Source of the DNA: a virus | Taxonomy: Duplodnaviria; Caudoviricetes | Virus record (IMG/VR): IMGVR_UViG_3300021256_000087 | Location: 1 to 64,000 of that record | Reading direction: 5' to 3' (one strand) | Length of the DNA: 64,000 nucleotides | In this document: piece by piece, positions 48,457 through 59,154 of the stretch | Layout: each line of letters begins with the position of its first letter | Numbering within the stretch: position 1 is the first letter of the stretch | Notes under the pieces: model-generated | The model's input: the letters and a program-made list of their open reading frames with translations, nothing else | Databases searched by the model: none | Told to the model about the DNA's origin: nothing | Translations under genes and position numbers: made by a program

Positions 48457-48771
48457 TTAATCATCTTCATTCACAATCTTTGGTTCATTTTTTACTTTAG
48501 GCTCTTTAGCCATAATAGAATCTATCTGCTTTTTAATTTCAGCATTAAATTTCATTCCCTTAGGAATATTAAGAGCCTCAAGTTTTTCGCGCGCCTCTTC
48601 TTTCTTTATATGATTAAAAGTAAAAGAAGATAAAACGTCAAATATTTTATTGCAAAGATCCGTGTCGTATAAATATCTCCACGTCTCTTCCTTATTGCCT
48701 TTGCCACATCTAGGACAATAGACATAGTCGGAACCACAGACTATGCATTTTCTGAATCCCTTTTCTCTCAT
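48457..48771 (-). CDS. Zinc-finger hypothetical protein
   Basis: CIVCG..YVYCPRC. Confidence 0.7.
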   Translation of the reverse strand: MREKGFRKCIVCGSDYVYCPRCGKGNKEETWRYLYDTDLCNKIFDVLSSFTFNHIKKEEAREKLEALNIPKGMKFNAEIKKQIDSIMAKEPKVKNEPKIVNEDD

Positions 48772-48786
48772 CTATTTTCCTCCAAT

Positions 48787-48815
48787 AAATAAGGGGGCGA
48801 AAATATCCGCCCCCT
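48787..48815 (-). terminator. Terminator after the major tail protein gene
   Basis: GGGGGCG/CGCCCCC hairpin. Confidence 0.65.
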
Positions 48816-48829
48816 ACATTTTTCATTTA

Positions 48830-49648
48830 TCAGCCAGCGTTGGTTACAACGGTAGTGACTGCATCCTCATCAGGGAAGTAGATGTAGTAAAGAATCTTAT
48901 CAACGGAATCACAGTAGTCGATCTGAAGGTTTCCGTTGAAGTCAGTCTCAGTGCTCTCTGCATCAAGATTGATGGTGACCGAAGGATCGGGCTGGAAGCT
49001 GGGAATGTAAACATAAGCAGCTCTGTAAGCGTCCTCACAAGGGTCAACAATTGCAACATACAGAGTAAGGTGAATGGTATCAGGGAATGCAGAAGCGGTG
49101 TTGGTAATCTTATAACCAGCCTCAACATCTCTATCATACTTAATCAGATACTTAGTAGGAGCTTCATCAGCGGTAGCAGGAACAGTAACAGTCTTTGCGT
49201 TGGAATCGTATGCGAAAGATACGTCAACAACAGCAGAAGTGCCCTGAACGAGAACCTTACCATTTGCGCCGTTGTTATAAAGACCCATTACGTGAATGGT
49301 TCCAGTCTTAGCATCGGCAACATCAATGGTGGTACCAGCTGCTACAACAGTTATGAAAGGCATCTCAATAGCATTGGTAGCAGATGCAATCTCCATAGGG
49401 CTTCCCGACTGAGCGTTAAGCAGAACGGGAGAGAGCAGAGCAGAAGAAGCGGTAAACGTACCGGACTTGCTCTGATAAATTGTACGGATGATATTTCCGT
49501 TCTTATCAGCGATCTCAATAGGATCAGAGCTGATCTCAATAGAAGCACTGGTAAGCTGATCGAGGGTGTACAGAAGCTCATTCTCGAAGTTCTGAGCTAC
49601 ACCGTAGATAATTTCCTTTACAGCGAAATTTCCAAGATTAAAAGCCAT
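48830..49648 (-). CDS. Major tail tube protein
   Basis: 272 aa, strong codon bias, terminator downstream, beta-rich, position in the tail module. Confidence 0.75.
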   Translation of the reverse strand: MAFNLGNFAVKEIIYGVAQNFENELLYTLDQLTSASIEISSDPIEIADKNGNIIRTIYQSKSGTFTASSALLSPVLLNAQSGSPMEIASATNAIEMPFITVVAAGTTIDVADAKTGTIHVMGLYNNGANGKVLVQGTSAVVDVSFAYDSNAKTVTVPATADEAPTKYLIKYDRDVEAGYKITNTASAFPDTIHLTLYVAIVDPCEDAYRAAYVYIPSFQPDPSVTINLDAESTETDFNGNLQIDYCDSVDKILYYIYFPDEDAVTTVVTNAG

Positions 49649-49667
49649 AATATTTTCCTCCTTGTAA

Positions 49668-50513
49668 TTAGATGTCCTTCATAAAATCATAGCTTGAAGG
49701 ATCTATATCTTTACTATTTACAAAACCCGAATACATACCCTTAAGTATTGCAGTCGCATTCTCGTAAAGTTGAATTCTTTTCAATGAATCAAAAAATTCA
49801 GCCACCCCTATTTGGCGTAACTCTTGCAGAGAATGCTTAGTGCCGGGGTGATTAATATATGCACTGATAAGGGGAACAAAAGAGAAAGAAGAAGATATTC
49901 CCTTTTTCTGTTTTTGTTTTAATTCAACTTGATCTTTATGGATCCAAGCTTCTTTTAACATCTTGTCAGGCGTAACCTCGCGTTCGGGTTTCATATTAAA
50001 AACATTTTGGAGATATTGATGAAAGTACTGATATACGAGTTCTGTTATCTCCGTATCAGTTAACTCGTTGTATAAATATCTTTCTACTTCTCCGTCTTCC
50101 TTTTGCCGTTCATAAACTTCAAAAGAATTAAAATCTATATTGTCAAACAATAAATCGACCACGTCCGATTCTAATTGTTTATACATTAAAATAAACATTT
50201 CAAAATCTGAAATTGTATTCCAATCTATTCCAGCCTCCCACAACATTAACCTAAATTGTGTCGGGTTGCCGACGAGTATACTCAAGTTGCTATAAAATTT
50301 AGATTCACCAATTTGAATTATGTCACCTAATGTTGGAGACTTTACGGTGACCACGCCTTTAACTCCCTCTTCGTCGATTACCAATGGATCCCCGAAGAAT
50401 AACTTTAGTCTGTCAAATTCAAGAGTAGGATATCGCGGAGGTAACTTAGCTTTTACAGGGGATAGTTTCCCCACAACTTTACCCGCGTTTTCCTCTGTTG
50501 TCTTATTTGGCAT
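49668..50513 (-). CDS. Conserved tail-region protein
   Basis: 281-aa ORF between the tail terminator-like gene and the tail tube gene. Confidence 0.6.
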   Translation of the reverse strand: MPNKTTEENAGKVVGKLSPVKAKLPPRYPTLEFDRLKLFFGDPLVIDEEGVKGVVTVKSPTLGDIIQIGESKFYSNLSILVGNPTQFRLMLWEAGIDWNTISDFEMFILMYKQLESDVVDLLFDNIDFNSFEVYERQKEDGEVERYLYNELTDTEITELVYQYFHQYLQNVFNMKPEREVTPDKMLKEAWIHKDQVELKQKQKKGISSSFSFVPLISAYINHPGTKHSLQELRQIGVAEFFDSLKRIQLYENATAILKGMYSGFVNSKDIDPSSYDFMKDI

Positions 50514-51102
50514 ATAGTTTATTTATAATTTGAGGACTACCATTAATAGTTTTGACGAGGTTAGCGTCAGTAATAAATTCAAATGTAAGCGTACGTACAG
50601 CATAATTATCATCTGTCGTATTAGGTACATTAGAGACAAGGTGCGCCTTGCCACCTTTAAAAGGGTAGAAATTAAACTCATGTATAAGTAATGACGCAAT
50701 GAGATCGTGGCGAGCAATGCCAAGTTCGGTTATGGCACCATCTAATTCAGTAGATGTAACAACCGTTTGATTTTTCTGCTCACATAAAATATAAAACAAT
50801 ATCTGTTGAATTTTCATTGCACTATTGTAGCGTTCCAACTCGCTAAAGCGTGTTTCAAAACAAATAAAATTATTTGATTGAACTTGCGTGGGATGAATAA
50901 TGTAGTATGGGAATATTGATCTCCCGTAATATTCATCCGGTTCTGCCTCTGCCTTTTCTAGTTCTTTGTTGTCTAACGCCTTTATTATGTATTTATTACT
51001 TATGAGTTTTTCTTTTATTTCCCTTTTCAATCTTGAGTCATCGTCTTCTACATCATGTACGAGAGATGCGAAATAGGCTGTGTCTTGATCTGTCCATTCC
51101 AT
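50503..51102 (-). CDS. Tail completion/terminator-like protein
   Basis: Position; RHDLIASLL...RTLTF motif. Confidence 0.5.
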   Translation of the reverse strand: MEWTDQDTAYFASLVHDVEDDDSRLKREIKEKLISNKYIIKALDNKELEKAEAEPDEYYGRSIFPYYIIHPTQVQSNNFICFETRFSELERYNSAMKIQQILFYILCEQKNQTVVTSTELDGAITELGIARHDLIASLLIHEFNFYPFKGGKAHLVSNVPNTTDDNYAVRTLTFEFITDANLVKTINGSPQIINKLYAK

Positions 51103-51115
51103 ATCGCTTCCTCCT

Positions 51116-52339
51116 TTACAATCCGCTTATAGATAATGTTAGTGTGCCAACTATAACCACAGGCGATGTTGTATAGGTAATTGTTAAAATCTTACCTATA
51201 TAGGCTGTGTCGTCAGCAAATTTAATACGTACTTGATTTATGTCGAGGCCATCAAAATCCTCTGTAATATGATCGGAAACATCTATACCATCTACAGTAT
51301 AACGCCATGTTCCGGCTTCAGGTGTAATTTGATCATCTCCATCATAAAAGACCGCGGTAATCTTTTTAGAACTACCACCTACTTTAATTGTCTGAGATAC
51401 ACCGGCGAACACTACATCAATATGTTTATTAGAATCAACAATATGTTCATCAAGAAAATCATCCGGCGTATTCTCACCATAATAATCGGCATACATACCT
51501 ATGATAGTAGAAGGGTCTCCTTCTACTTCATATTCGATGTAATCTCGATTTACATCCCATACATCCTGAGCTGCCGTATAGACACCTATACCATGAGGCG
51601 TGGTGCGCGATACCTTAGATATCTGCCATACACGTGGGATGGCACCACTAGCTACATCTATTTTAGTATCTACTATAAGTCTCTGATTATACGTAAGTTT
51701 CGAAGTTACTTCATTCATTGGCAAATAAAATTTGATAACATCATTAGGTGTTTCAAATACCCAGTCCATCCACACTCCAGAGTTGTACGAGTTCTGGTTT
51801 CTTTGGACTCCTGCCATTTGATATTTAGTTCTATTAAATACCCATGTAAATAAATAATTTACACGAAGTATTTCATACGTAGGGAATTGAGCATTGTTGC
51901 TCTGCGCCATACCGACAACTAACCATTTATTATAAACACCCCTATAATCTGGAATGTCTACATATAAGCCGCACGGAAATGTAGCTCCCCATCTCTCTTC
52001 ATAATTTGTTTTATAGTATGTCACTACTCCCAAATCTTGAGAAGGCTTGAACATAATGTGGTAACTTACCGCATCTTTATTCAGAGTCTGTGAGCTGTTT
52101 TCTATATACTTAATTGTAATTGGTACTTTGCCGGCGTCGTCTGCGGGACTTAAGCCCTCAAACTGACGAGGATGCGGATCATGTTCATAGTCGTAGAAAT
52201 ATGCTGTACGAGTCTGCAAATCATCGTACCATGTTTGTTCCATGACCATATCCGATTCAACCTTATGGGCTTCCCCGTTTGTATATGAACCTATCATCTT
52301 TTTATATGTTGATAGGGATGGCAATTCAACCACCTCCAA
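51116..52339 (-). CDS. Head closure / neck protein
   Basis: 407 aa with a C-terminal Ig-like region; position after the adaptor; start may be TTG at 52324. Confidence 0.55.
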   Translation of the reverse strand: MEVVELPSLSTYKKMIGSYTNGEAHKVESDMVMEQTWYDDLQTRTAYFYDYEHDPHPRQFEGLSPADDAGKVPITIKYIENSSQTLNKDAVSYHIMFKPSQDLGVVTYYKTNYEERWGATFPCGLYVDIPDYRGVYNKWLVVGMAQSNNAQFPTYEILRVNYLFTWVFNRTKYQMAGVQRNQNSYNSGVWMDWVFETPNDVIKFYLPMNEVTSKLTYNQRLIVDTKIDVASGAIPRVWQISKVSRTTPHGIGVYTAAQDVWDVNRDYIEYEVEGDPSTIIGMYADYYGENTPDDFLDEHIVDSNKHIDVVFAGVSQTIKVGGSSKKITAVFYDGDDQITPEAGTWRYTVDGIDVSDHITEDFDGLDINQVRIKFADDTAYIGKILTITYTTSPVVIVGTLTLSISGL

Positions 52340-52643
52340 TCTTCAACACTTCACTCCCAGCATCTAATATAAATTTTCTGTATCTTCTATATTCAAAATC
52401 GGGAGATCTAAATTCCTTAAGAGCTTTCGCAAGTTTCTTAGCGATATTAACCATTTCTATTGGATATCCGAATATCTCATTAAGACCATCAAGATCTGAA
52501 AAGATATCTTCAAATGCAGCCTCAACGTCCACATTTGGATATTGTTCTGCCGTGGCGGGATCTACAACAAGCAATAGATAAAAAACTTTTTTCTGTAAAA
52601 GTCTTTTTTCAGTTTCTATTTGTTCGCACGTAAATTTCATCAT
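52326..52643 (-). CDS. Hypothetical neck-region protein
   Basis: 105-aa ORF with coupled overlaps. Confidence 0.55.
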   Translation of the reverse strand: MMKFTCEQIETEKRLLQKKVFYLLLVVDPATAEQYPNVDVEAAFEDIFSDLDGLNEIFGYPIEMVNIAKKLAKALKEFRSPDFEYRRYRKFILDAGSEVLKIGGG

Positions 52644-53104
52644 GTACCAGTGCCTCCTAAATATTTATTGTTGATAAATCCTCGATCCCTGATCATTCGT
52701 CTGACTTCGAGTTCGGTGTCTTCTTCAATACCACGGAGTTCAGCTAAGTGATTACTTTGTGCAAAAAATTTGACTTCCTTACCTGAGAACATTTGAGCCA
52801 ATAGAGACGTTTTACGAACCTGAGGATGTATCCATTCATATACCATTGCTTTTCCTAATAAGTTAATTAGGAAGTCGTCGTCACCTTTTATATCCGGATT
52901 ATTCATCGTGTATATTAATTCAGAATTGTCATCGTCAAGTTCAATAGATAAAAATAATGTTCTAATATACGGTGTACCAATTGCCTTGTGTAAATACTCG
53001 GTCAATTGTTCAGTGGTCACATCCTCGCCTTGTGTTGCGATTTTATAATCAGTTACATTTGATAAGAAACTACCAAATATAATTTCGTAATTTATGGAAG
53101 ACAT
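52640..53104 (-). CDS. Head-tail adaptor-like protein
   Basis: 154 aa, helical, position after the capsid genes. Confidence 0.55.
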   Translation of the reverse strand: MSSINYEIIFGSFLSNVTDYKIATQGEDVTTEQLTEYLHKAIGTPYIRTLFLSIELDDDNSELIYTMNNPDIKGDDDFLINLLGKAMVYEWIHPQVRKTSLLAQMFSGKEVKFFAQSNHLAELRGIEEDTELEVRRMIRDRGFINNKYLGGTGT

Positions 53105-53124
53105 AACTCACCTCCATTTACGAC

Positions 53125-53781
53125 TTACTGCATTTCTGCTACTAATGAGAAATCTACACCAAGAATTCTTTCAAGAGCTTTAATTTTTCTTACGCTATCA
53201 AGTTCACCAGTGGAAATTTTAGTGGAAGCTATATTGATAAGCTGTTCCCTAGCACCCTTAGGAAGAATACTAATCTTATTCTCCATCTCATTGTCGTTCA
53301 TGAGGAGGATATCAGTAAGCTCTCTGATTGTGAATTTTTCCTTATAGAACTTTTTAAGTTCAACAAACTCATCAACAAAGTCCTCGTCCTCAATTATGAA
53401 ATAAGGTTCGTATACATGCCCTGAGTGAGCGCGCACTGCACTGGCAAGATCCTTGTATTCAACTTCTGCTTCTGAACCATAGTCGGGCCATCTATATACC
53501 ATACCGGTAGCCGCCCCAATCATGACAAGTTTTCCGGCAGCTATTGATCTACAAAGGATTGTGTCGTCTGCACGGAATTTCTTCTTCTCAACCACGACAA
53601 CCTTTTCCTCGGCGGAAGCTTTCTCTTCAACGGGAGTATCTTCCTCAACAGGAGCTTTCTCCTCAGCAGGAGCATCTTCCTCAGCCTGAGTTGCCTCTTC
53701 AACGGTTGTTACTTCTTCAACATCTACGGGTTTTGCCTTAGTAGTAGTTTTCTTATCAGTTGTCTTTCTAGTGTAAGCCAT
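53125..53781 (-). CDS. Hypothetical head-region protein with an acidic repeat linker
   Basis: 218 aa directly after the MCP. Confidence 0.65.
   Translation of the reverse strand: MAYTRKTTDKKTTTKAKPVDVEEVTTVEEATQAEEDAPAEEKAPVEEDTPVEEKASAEEKVVVVEKKKFRADDTILCRSIAAGKLVMIGAATGMVYRWPDYGSEAEVEYKDLASAVRAHSGHVYEPYFIIEDEDFVDEFVELKKFYKEKFTIRELTDILLMNDNEMENKISILPKGAREQLINIASTKISTGELDSVRKIKALERILGVDFSLVAEMQ
53593..53682 (-). repeat. Five degenerate 18-bp tandem repeats encoding EE(K/D)AP(A/V)
   Basis: GAGGAAGATGCTCCTGCT, GAGGAGAAAGCTCCTGTT, GAGGAAGATACTCCCGTT, GAAGAGAAAGCTTCCGCC, GAGGAAAAGGTTGTCGTG. Confidence 0.7.
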
Positions 53782-53806
53782 ATTTCATTTCTCCTTTTAT
53801 TCTAAG

Positions 53807-53831
53807 TGGGAGAGCGTATTGCCCTCCCACA
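53807..53831 (-). terminator. Terminator after the major capsid gene
   Basis: GTGGGAG/CTCCCAC hairpin. Confidence 0.6.
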
Positions 53832-53847
53832 ATTTTGTTTATATCAA

Positions 53848-54966
53848 TTACGGAGTGATAGTCCATACGCCAAACTGTCTGTTTGCCTTAACAGCAATAG
53901 CCTGCTCGTACTGAACTTCATACTTGCCGATGTCATCGATACGTCCGTGCTCCTCACCCTTCTCGGTGATCTCATCGAGCTCAGTCTCTCCACGAGTAAC
54001 GAACTCAACGATCTTATAATCATCGCTAGGAAGGATGTAAAGCTTCTTGTCATTCATGAGCTTGGTGGTCAGAGTCTTGTCAGCAAATCTCTGCTCAACT
54101 TCAACAAGAGCAGTTCCCTCATAAGAACCGAGTCTACCCATAGAATCGATAGCATTCTTTTGTGCGTCAGATGCCCACTGAACGTCTGCGAGCGCGGTGA
54201 TCTTTCTAAGAGCATTCTTAGTTCCAAGAATAACTGCAGAACCATAAATGGATCTTACGTTATCAACGATCTCATCGAAATCATCCTTGGTAGCAGCGCC
54301 AAGAGTACCAGTTCCTACGAAACCATTAGTAACACGAAGGCTATTAACGGCGTTGGTAACAGCGCCATAAATAAGGCCCTGATTCTTGATCATGATAGAT
54401 CTAACAAGCATAGCGATAAGCTTGGGGAAGTCTTCCTGACCTACGAGATATCTGTTGATATCAAGACCAACAGCGGCTCCGTAACGTCCCATAGGAAGGG
54501 TGTACTTGGAACCAAGAGCGGGTCTCTGAAGGATAAAGTCGTGATGTGACTTTCCGACAGTAGCGATGGAGAGAATTATATTCTCATCCTCAACATTAAA
54601 CTCGATAGAATCACCAGCGGCGATGTTTCTATAATCAACGAGCTTATTAAACCACTCGGACTCTCTATATCCAGTGTCAAGAGCGTCATCAACGACCTCC
54701 TCAATAAGGTCGAAATATCTGCGCATAGCGCCACTCTGGTATGCTCTCTTAAGATCTCTCTGAGAGAAGCCCTTCTCAAGGCCGATAAAATCAAGAGAGA
54801 ATGCACGAAGCTTATCATTAGCCTCTGCCTTAGAAACTACCTTTCCCTCGTCGTTTACAATCTCGTTTCCACGAGAAAGGTCGAACATAAGGTTCTTGAT
54901 AGCATCTTCATTAGTTTCATGCTTAGCAAATACGCTAAGTTCCTGTTCTGAAAATGTAAGTCTCAT
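53848..54966 (-). CDS. Major capsid protein
   Basis: 372 aa, strong codon bias, follows the protease and decoration genes, terminator downstream. Confidence 0.8.
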   Translation of the reverse strand: MRLTFSEQELSVFAKHETNEDAIKNLMFDLSRGNEIVNDEGKVVSKAEANDKLRAFSLDFIGLEKGFSQRDLKRAYQSGAMRRYFDLIEEVVDDALDTGYRESEWFNKLVDYRNIAAGDSIEFNVEDENIILSIATVGKSHHDFILQRPALGSKYTLPMGRYGAAVGLDINRYLVGQEDFPKLIAMLVRSIMIKNQGLIYGAVTNAVNSLRVTNGFVGTGTLGAATKDDFDEIVDNVRSIYGSAVILGTKNALRKITALADVQWASDAQKNAIDSMGRLGSYEGTALVEVEQRFADKTLTTKLMNDKKLYILPSDDYKIVEFVTRGETELDEITEKGEEHGRIDDIGKYEVQYEQAIAVKANRQFGVWTITP

Positions 54967-54992
54967 AATATATTGTCCTCCTTTCTCTCTAA

Positions 54993-55481
54993 TTAGGGCT
55001 TGGTAACCTTAAGCTTGTTATTAGCAGCAACCTCAACAGTTGCACCCTCAACAAGGTCGGTTGCCTTACTAGTGTTATAAGTAAAGATAGCCTCGGACTC
55101 TTCGACGACATCAAAGAGCTCAAGAATATAACCCTTTACGGTATCATTAGCTGCGTTAAAGAAAACGTCAGGCTGATCTGCATATCTCTCATCCTCAGCG
55201 ATGGGAGAGTTGTAAAGGAATACAGGGGGATTTTCTACATCGATAGCAGTTACCTCGACATACCAATTTCCATTAGCAGCGGCATGAAGCTTGCCCTGAA
55301 AAGCAGTATTGCCAGCGGTAAAATTATAACGATCAAAATCCTTCCATGCGCCAACAGTTCCGATAACTCCATTGTCGGTATCTGCGGCTACAAAAATATT
55401 AAGAGTATGGCCATCCCCGCCACTACGAATCTTAGAGGGGAATGCCACATTGTGCTTAGAAACTGTAACTGAATAAGCCAT
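54993..55481 (-). CDS. Capsid decoration / minor head protein
   Basis: 162 aa between scaffold and MCP; DTDNGVIG motif. Confidence 0.6.
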   Translation of the reverse strand: MAYSVTVSKHNVAFPSKIRSGGDGHTLNIFVAADTDNGVIGTVGAWKDFDRYNFTAGNTAFQGKLHAAANGNWYVEVTAIDVENPPVFLYNSPIAEDERYADQPDVFFNAANDTVKGYILELFDVVEESEAIFTYNTSKATDLVEGATVEVAANNKLKVTKP

Positions 55482-55502
55482 AGTTTTTTCTCCTTTCAAA
55501 AA

Positions 55503-57161
55503 TTATTTATCTGAAAACATATTTCCATATCTACCAGTTCCCTTTGTTGCCTTGAACATTACGGGCTTACGGGTAGTCTGTGCATTCTGTGCTGCAAACT
55601 TAATTGATTTATTTCTAGCTGCCTCAAGCAGAATGGAATCAGCTTTTGCTTTAACTTCATCGACTGACATCTCAAAATGAGTTTCGATTTCAGTAAGCTT
55701 TGAGAACTCTGCGTCCTCACGAACACCGTCATAATCCTCGCGATTAAGGACTTCCATCTTGTCGGGCTCGGTTTCATAATTTTGTAATTTTGTTAACATA
55801 GAATCATATGAGCTACGCATAGAATTAATAGAGGCCTTTTCCTCTTCGGTTACCCAAATAGAAAATACTTCGACTCTATCTCCAACTAATGAATAATTAT
55901 CACCGTTGCGTTCAATGTTCTGCTTGAATGCACGATTAGTACACCATGACTCCATAATTACATAGCCATCATCTTCATATACATCGACAAAATAATAATC
56001 ATTATCTGCTTCTCCATATGTAAGATTTACAAGATCATGAAGAGCTCTGTTCTTTTCGTCAAGACTAAGACCGAAAGTAGCGATCTTATCACCGGTCTGA
56101 ATCGATGCCGTAATATCGGCGACGGGTGCTTCGGGCACGGGGGTACCTTCGGACTCACCACCTTCTTCAGGAGCAGGAGTACCAGCCTCCTCGCCTTCCT
56201 CGGGGTTCTCACCAGATTGCTCGCCTTCCTCGGGAGCCTGTTCTCCGCCTTCACCTTCAATAGGTACTTCGCCGAAAACCTCAGCGAACTTTGCTTCGAG
56301 CTCCTCATCTGAGAGACCTTCGGTTTCGAAAGTTACTTCTTCGGCAGTCTTATTGTATTTCTTGAGAAGTTCATCAAATTTCATAAGACTTTCTGTTCCT
56401 CCTTTCTCTGAATTTTTTATAGACAAACTATGTTGAATCTCTGCGACCTGACGGGAGAGTTCCTCAAGTTTAATCTGCGTATCAGAAAACGAAACTTCAC
56501 TATCACGAATAGTAATATTTGATCCAGCCATTCCAGCCTGTACTTCAGTTCCGTCCTCAAATCTTCCGAGTATAGTTACACCCGTAAAGATAAAATCTGT
56601 AATGTTGAGAATACGTGTCTGAGCATTGTAGTTCATTTCATTAACCGCCATCTCCACACTGACCTGACACTTACCTTCACGGCGTAATATGTCGGCGGCT
56701 TTCGTATATTTCTCAACAATATATCCATCGACCTCTACAAAGTTCTTTTTCTTTTCTTCATCGAACTCAATATGAGGATTACATGATTCGGGTAAATAGC
56801 CTACGATTATTTCATCGTACACAGTTTCACCATTCTCTTTGTGCATATCGTGTGATCTGAATTGATATTCTCCATCGTCATCTTTATAAATAAAACCAAG
56901 AATGGGTTTATTAATTAGAGACGGAAGAGCAGTGTTCATATCCTCGTCGGAGATGTTACACTTATTTACATTCTCTCCGGTATGACATGCTTGCAAGTGT
57001 ACCGGAAGAAGATCTCCGTCAGAAGTTTCATCAAATGTCATGGTCGCATTGGCTACTACCATATACTGAGTATCTTTATCCTTTACACTAAATACAAAAT
57101 CCTTATTCTGTTCATTGAAGAATTGATAGAGGTCGTCGATTGTAAGATATTTTTTCTTCAT
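55503..57161 (-). CDS. Prohead protease-scaffold fusion
   Basis: N-terminal ACHTGENVN...NKPILG...VSVEM...FTGVTILG domain plus an acidic coiled-coil C-terminus. Confidence 0.7.
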   Translation of the reverse strand: MKKKYLTIDDLYQFFNEQNKDFVFSVKDKDTQYMVVANATMTFDETSDGDLLPVHLQACHTGENVNKCNISDEDMNTALPSLINKPILGFIYKDDDGEYQFRSHDMHKENGETVYDEIIVGYLPESCNPHIEFDEEKKKNFVEVDGYIVEKYTKAADILRREGKCQVSVEMAVNEMNYNAQTRILNITDFIFTGVTILGRFEDGTEVQAGMAGSNITIRDSEVSFSDTQIKLEELSRQVAEIQHSLSIKNSEKGGTESLMKFDELLKKYNKTAEEVTFETEGLSDEELEAKFAEVFGEVPIEGEGGEQAPEEGEQSGENPEEGEEAGTPAPEEGGESEGTPVPEAPVADITASIQTGDKIATFGLSLDEKNRALHDLVNLTYGEADNDYYFVDVYEDDGYVIMESWCTNRAFKQNIERNGDNYSLVGDRVEVFSIWVTEEEKASINSMRSSYDSMLTKLQNYETEPDKMEVLNREDYDGVREDAEFSKLTEIETHFEMSVDEVKAKADSILLEAARNKSIKFAAQNAQTTRKPVMFKATKGTGRYGNMFSDK

Positions 57162-57171
57162 CTCTAACACC

Positions 57172-57345
57172 TCACCCATACATAATGTTTGAAAACTCTA
57201 CCTTGTCATTTCTGTCGAAAGTTGTTATGGAGTCGTTCGCAAAAATGTATTCGTTATTGAATTGCGTAATAAGTGTGAATCCTAATTTTGTCAACTTATC
57301 CGCAGTTTCTTTATCTGTAGTTTTTATAAATGCCGGTTTATCCAT
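57172..57345 (-). CDS. Small hypothetical protein
   Basis: MDKPAFIKTTD..., RBS GAGGTG. Confidence 0.55.
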   Translation of the reverse strand: MDKPAFIKTTDKETADKLTKLGFTLITQFNNEYIFANDSITTFDRNDKVEFSNIMYG

Positions 57346-57355
57346 ATTGTTCACC

Positions 57356-58870
57356 TCATTCATTTCTACTGCGTTCACCTGATCCACTAAGTTCATCATC
57401 TGGAATCGTAGGACGTCCGCCTTCACTATCTCCAGTTTGAGTATATGAAGATGATAGAGGTATCATTTTATCAGGTAAACTTAATATATTATTTTCGAGA
57501 ATTTGCATAGCTATAGTCGCCTTCTCAGATATACCATTGAACGTATTATAAGCCAACCTATTGCTGAATCCATATTGACATGACTCAAGTAACGTGGCTT
57601 GTACATCATCCTTCGTGTATATAGAAACTTCAAAGTATTCTACTTTACAAGGATTAGCACAATCATATTTAAGCATACGATTAGTAAATCCCTGAATCTG
57701 TGGCAGAAGAGGAGAGATAGCAAATTCTGTCTCGGCTCTTAGCCATGCTTTAAATGCCGCAGTTGATGTGATCATGTTCGCATTAAGTACAGCACCGCCT
57801 CCGGCAGTACCAAGTAAAGTCTTATCGCTCTGTTCGAGTCTGTCCACATCGTTATCCGTTGCAGCAGATGAGAAGTCTAATACATTGTCCTTATCTACGT
57901 CTGCCGGTATAAGAGCAGCTGCAATATAGTCGGGTAAGTCTTCAAGCATTCTCTCATAATACCCTAGCATTAATTCAGGAGACACTTCGAAATCGTCACT
58001 ACGTTTACTGCCGCTAAGTGTCTTCATAGGTATGAGTAATAATTTATATATACTAAGTTCATCGGCAATAGCCTGCAAATCCGCACGGTCATTGCGTGCT
58101 GCAAGCTCTTGAAAGATTGCCATGAGAGGTGGTAATATATGATCAATATCATCTGTACGGAATTTAAAACATGCCGCATATCTATCATCCATATGTTGCC
58201 ATTTCTCATTGGTTCGATCATACTCTCTATACATAGAAAGAAGAGGATCTCCGAGCCACTCAAGCAGCTCCTGTTGTGAAGCACTCTTAAATTTACTCAT
58301 ATCTACTGCATATGAAAAATCGTGAGAACTGTATATTCCGTCGATTCTACACCACGACGGATCAAGCGGATATAAAACACTTCCGCTGTCATCACGATAG
58401 AATATTCCAAAGAATACATCTTCTCTGAATACCCTGATAAGTGCGGGAAGCATAATTCCCTGTATATCGTATTTATCAAGCCAATTCAGAGTGTCATTAT
58501 ATTGTTTTAATATTTTCTTAGGATTCACTTCTTTTGTAAGACTTATATTGGGCACAACTTGCCTACATCTAAGGTCAAACATATTTGCGTAGAAGTGTAC
58601 TAATCTGAAAAATATTTGAGTTCTATAAAACAAGTAACGAGCCGACGCAATAAGATTAGTTTCATTACTTGCGGGGTTTTTTAAGTATTCCCTAATCAGC
58701 CTTCTATCTTTCCCGATAATGGCTGATATGGTTTGTTTATTTGGATCTTTGATCTTCAATAAGGTATCTTTTGTTTTCTTAAATAACTTATCGTCGAACT
58801 CCATCTTGTCCCTTATTTCTGCTGCTGTACGGGTGTTGCCCGCAGAAGCTTTCTTTGTAGTAGTCGCCAT
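57356..58870 (-). CDS. Portal protein
   Basis: 504 aa, first gene of the head module; YPLDPSWCRI motif. Confidence 0.75.
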   Translation of the reverse strand: MATTTKKASAGNTRTAAEIRDKMEFDDKLFKKTKDTLLKIKDPNKQTISAIIGKDRRLIREYLKNPASNETNLIASARYLFYRTQIFFRLVHFYANMFDLRCRQVVPNISLTKEVNPKKILKQYNDTLNWLDKYDIQGIMLPALIRVFREDVFFGIFYRDDSGSVLYPLDPSWCRIDGIYSSHDFSYAVDMSKFKSASQQELLEWLGDPLLSMYREYDRTNEKWQHMDDRYAACFKFRTDDIDHILPPLMAIFQELAARNDRADLQAIADELSIYKLLLIPMKTLSGSKRSDDFEVSPELMLGYYERMLEDLPDYIAAALIPADVDKDNVLDFSSAATDNDVDRLEQSDKTLLGTAGGGAVLNANMITSTAAFKAWLRAETEFAISPLLPQIQGFTNRMLKYDCANPCKVEYFEVSIYTKDDVQATLLESCQYGFSNRLAYNTFNGISEKATIAMQILENNILSLPDKMIPLSSSYTQTGDSEGGRPTIPDDELSGSGERSRNE

Positions 58871-58900
58871 TGAGACAACATCCCCCTTTCTTCTAAATTA

Positions 58901-59098
58901 TTAACCGCCGATTATATTCCAAGTATCTGTTTCCGCATTGTAATAATATGCATCACCGGTATCAAGTTCGACAAATATACTAAAGTGGGGAGCTATTTCT
59001 TTTGCACCATTGGCCACGGTAGGCTTATCTTCGGTGCTTTCTCCAAATATTTCCCACGTAGATGCGAAAGTTGTATTCTGCTTTTTATTAACTACCAT
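58901..59098 (-). CDS. Small virion-type protein
   Basis: STEDKPT..NG....FVELDTGDAYYY motif; ATG 59098 after GGAGG. Confidence 0.55.
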   Translation of the reverse strand: MVVNKKQNTTFASTWEIFGESTEDKPTVANGAKEIAPHFSIFVELDTGDAYYYNAETDTWNIIGG

Positions 59099-59154
59099 GG
59101 TCAATGCCTCCATTCTTAAAAGAGAGGAGAGCATTAGCTCTCCCCTCAAAACAT

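Noticed and set aside
48743-49684. 313-aa + strand ORF, and likewise 53806..54549
   Set aside because: Antisense shadows of the codon-biased major tail and capsid genes; no RBS or recognisable motifs.
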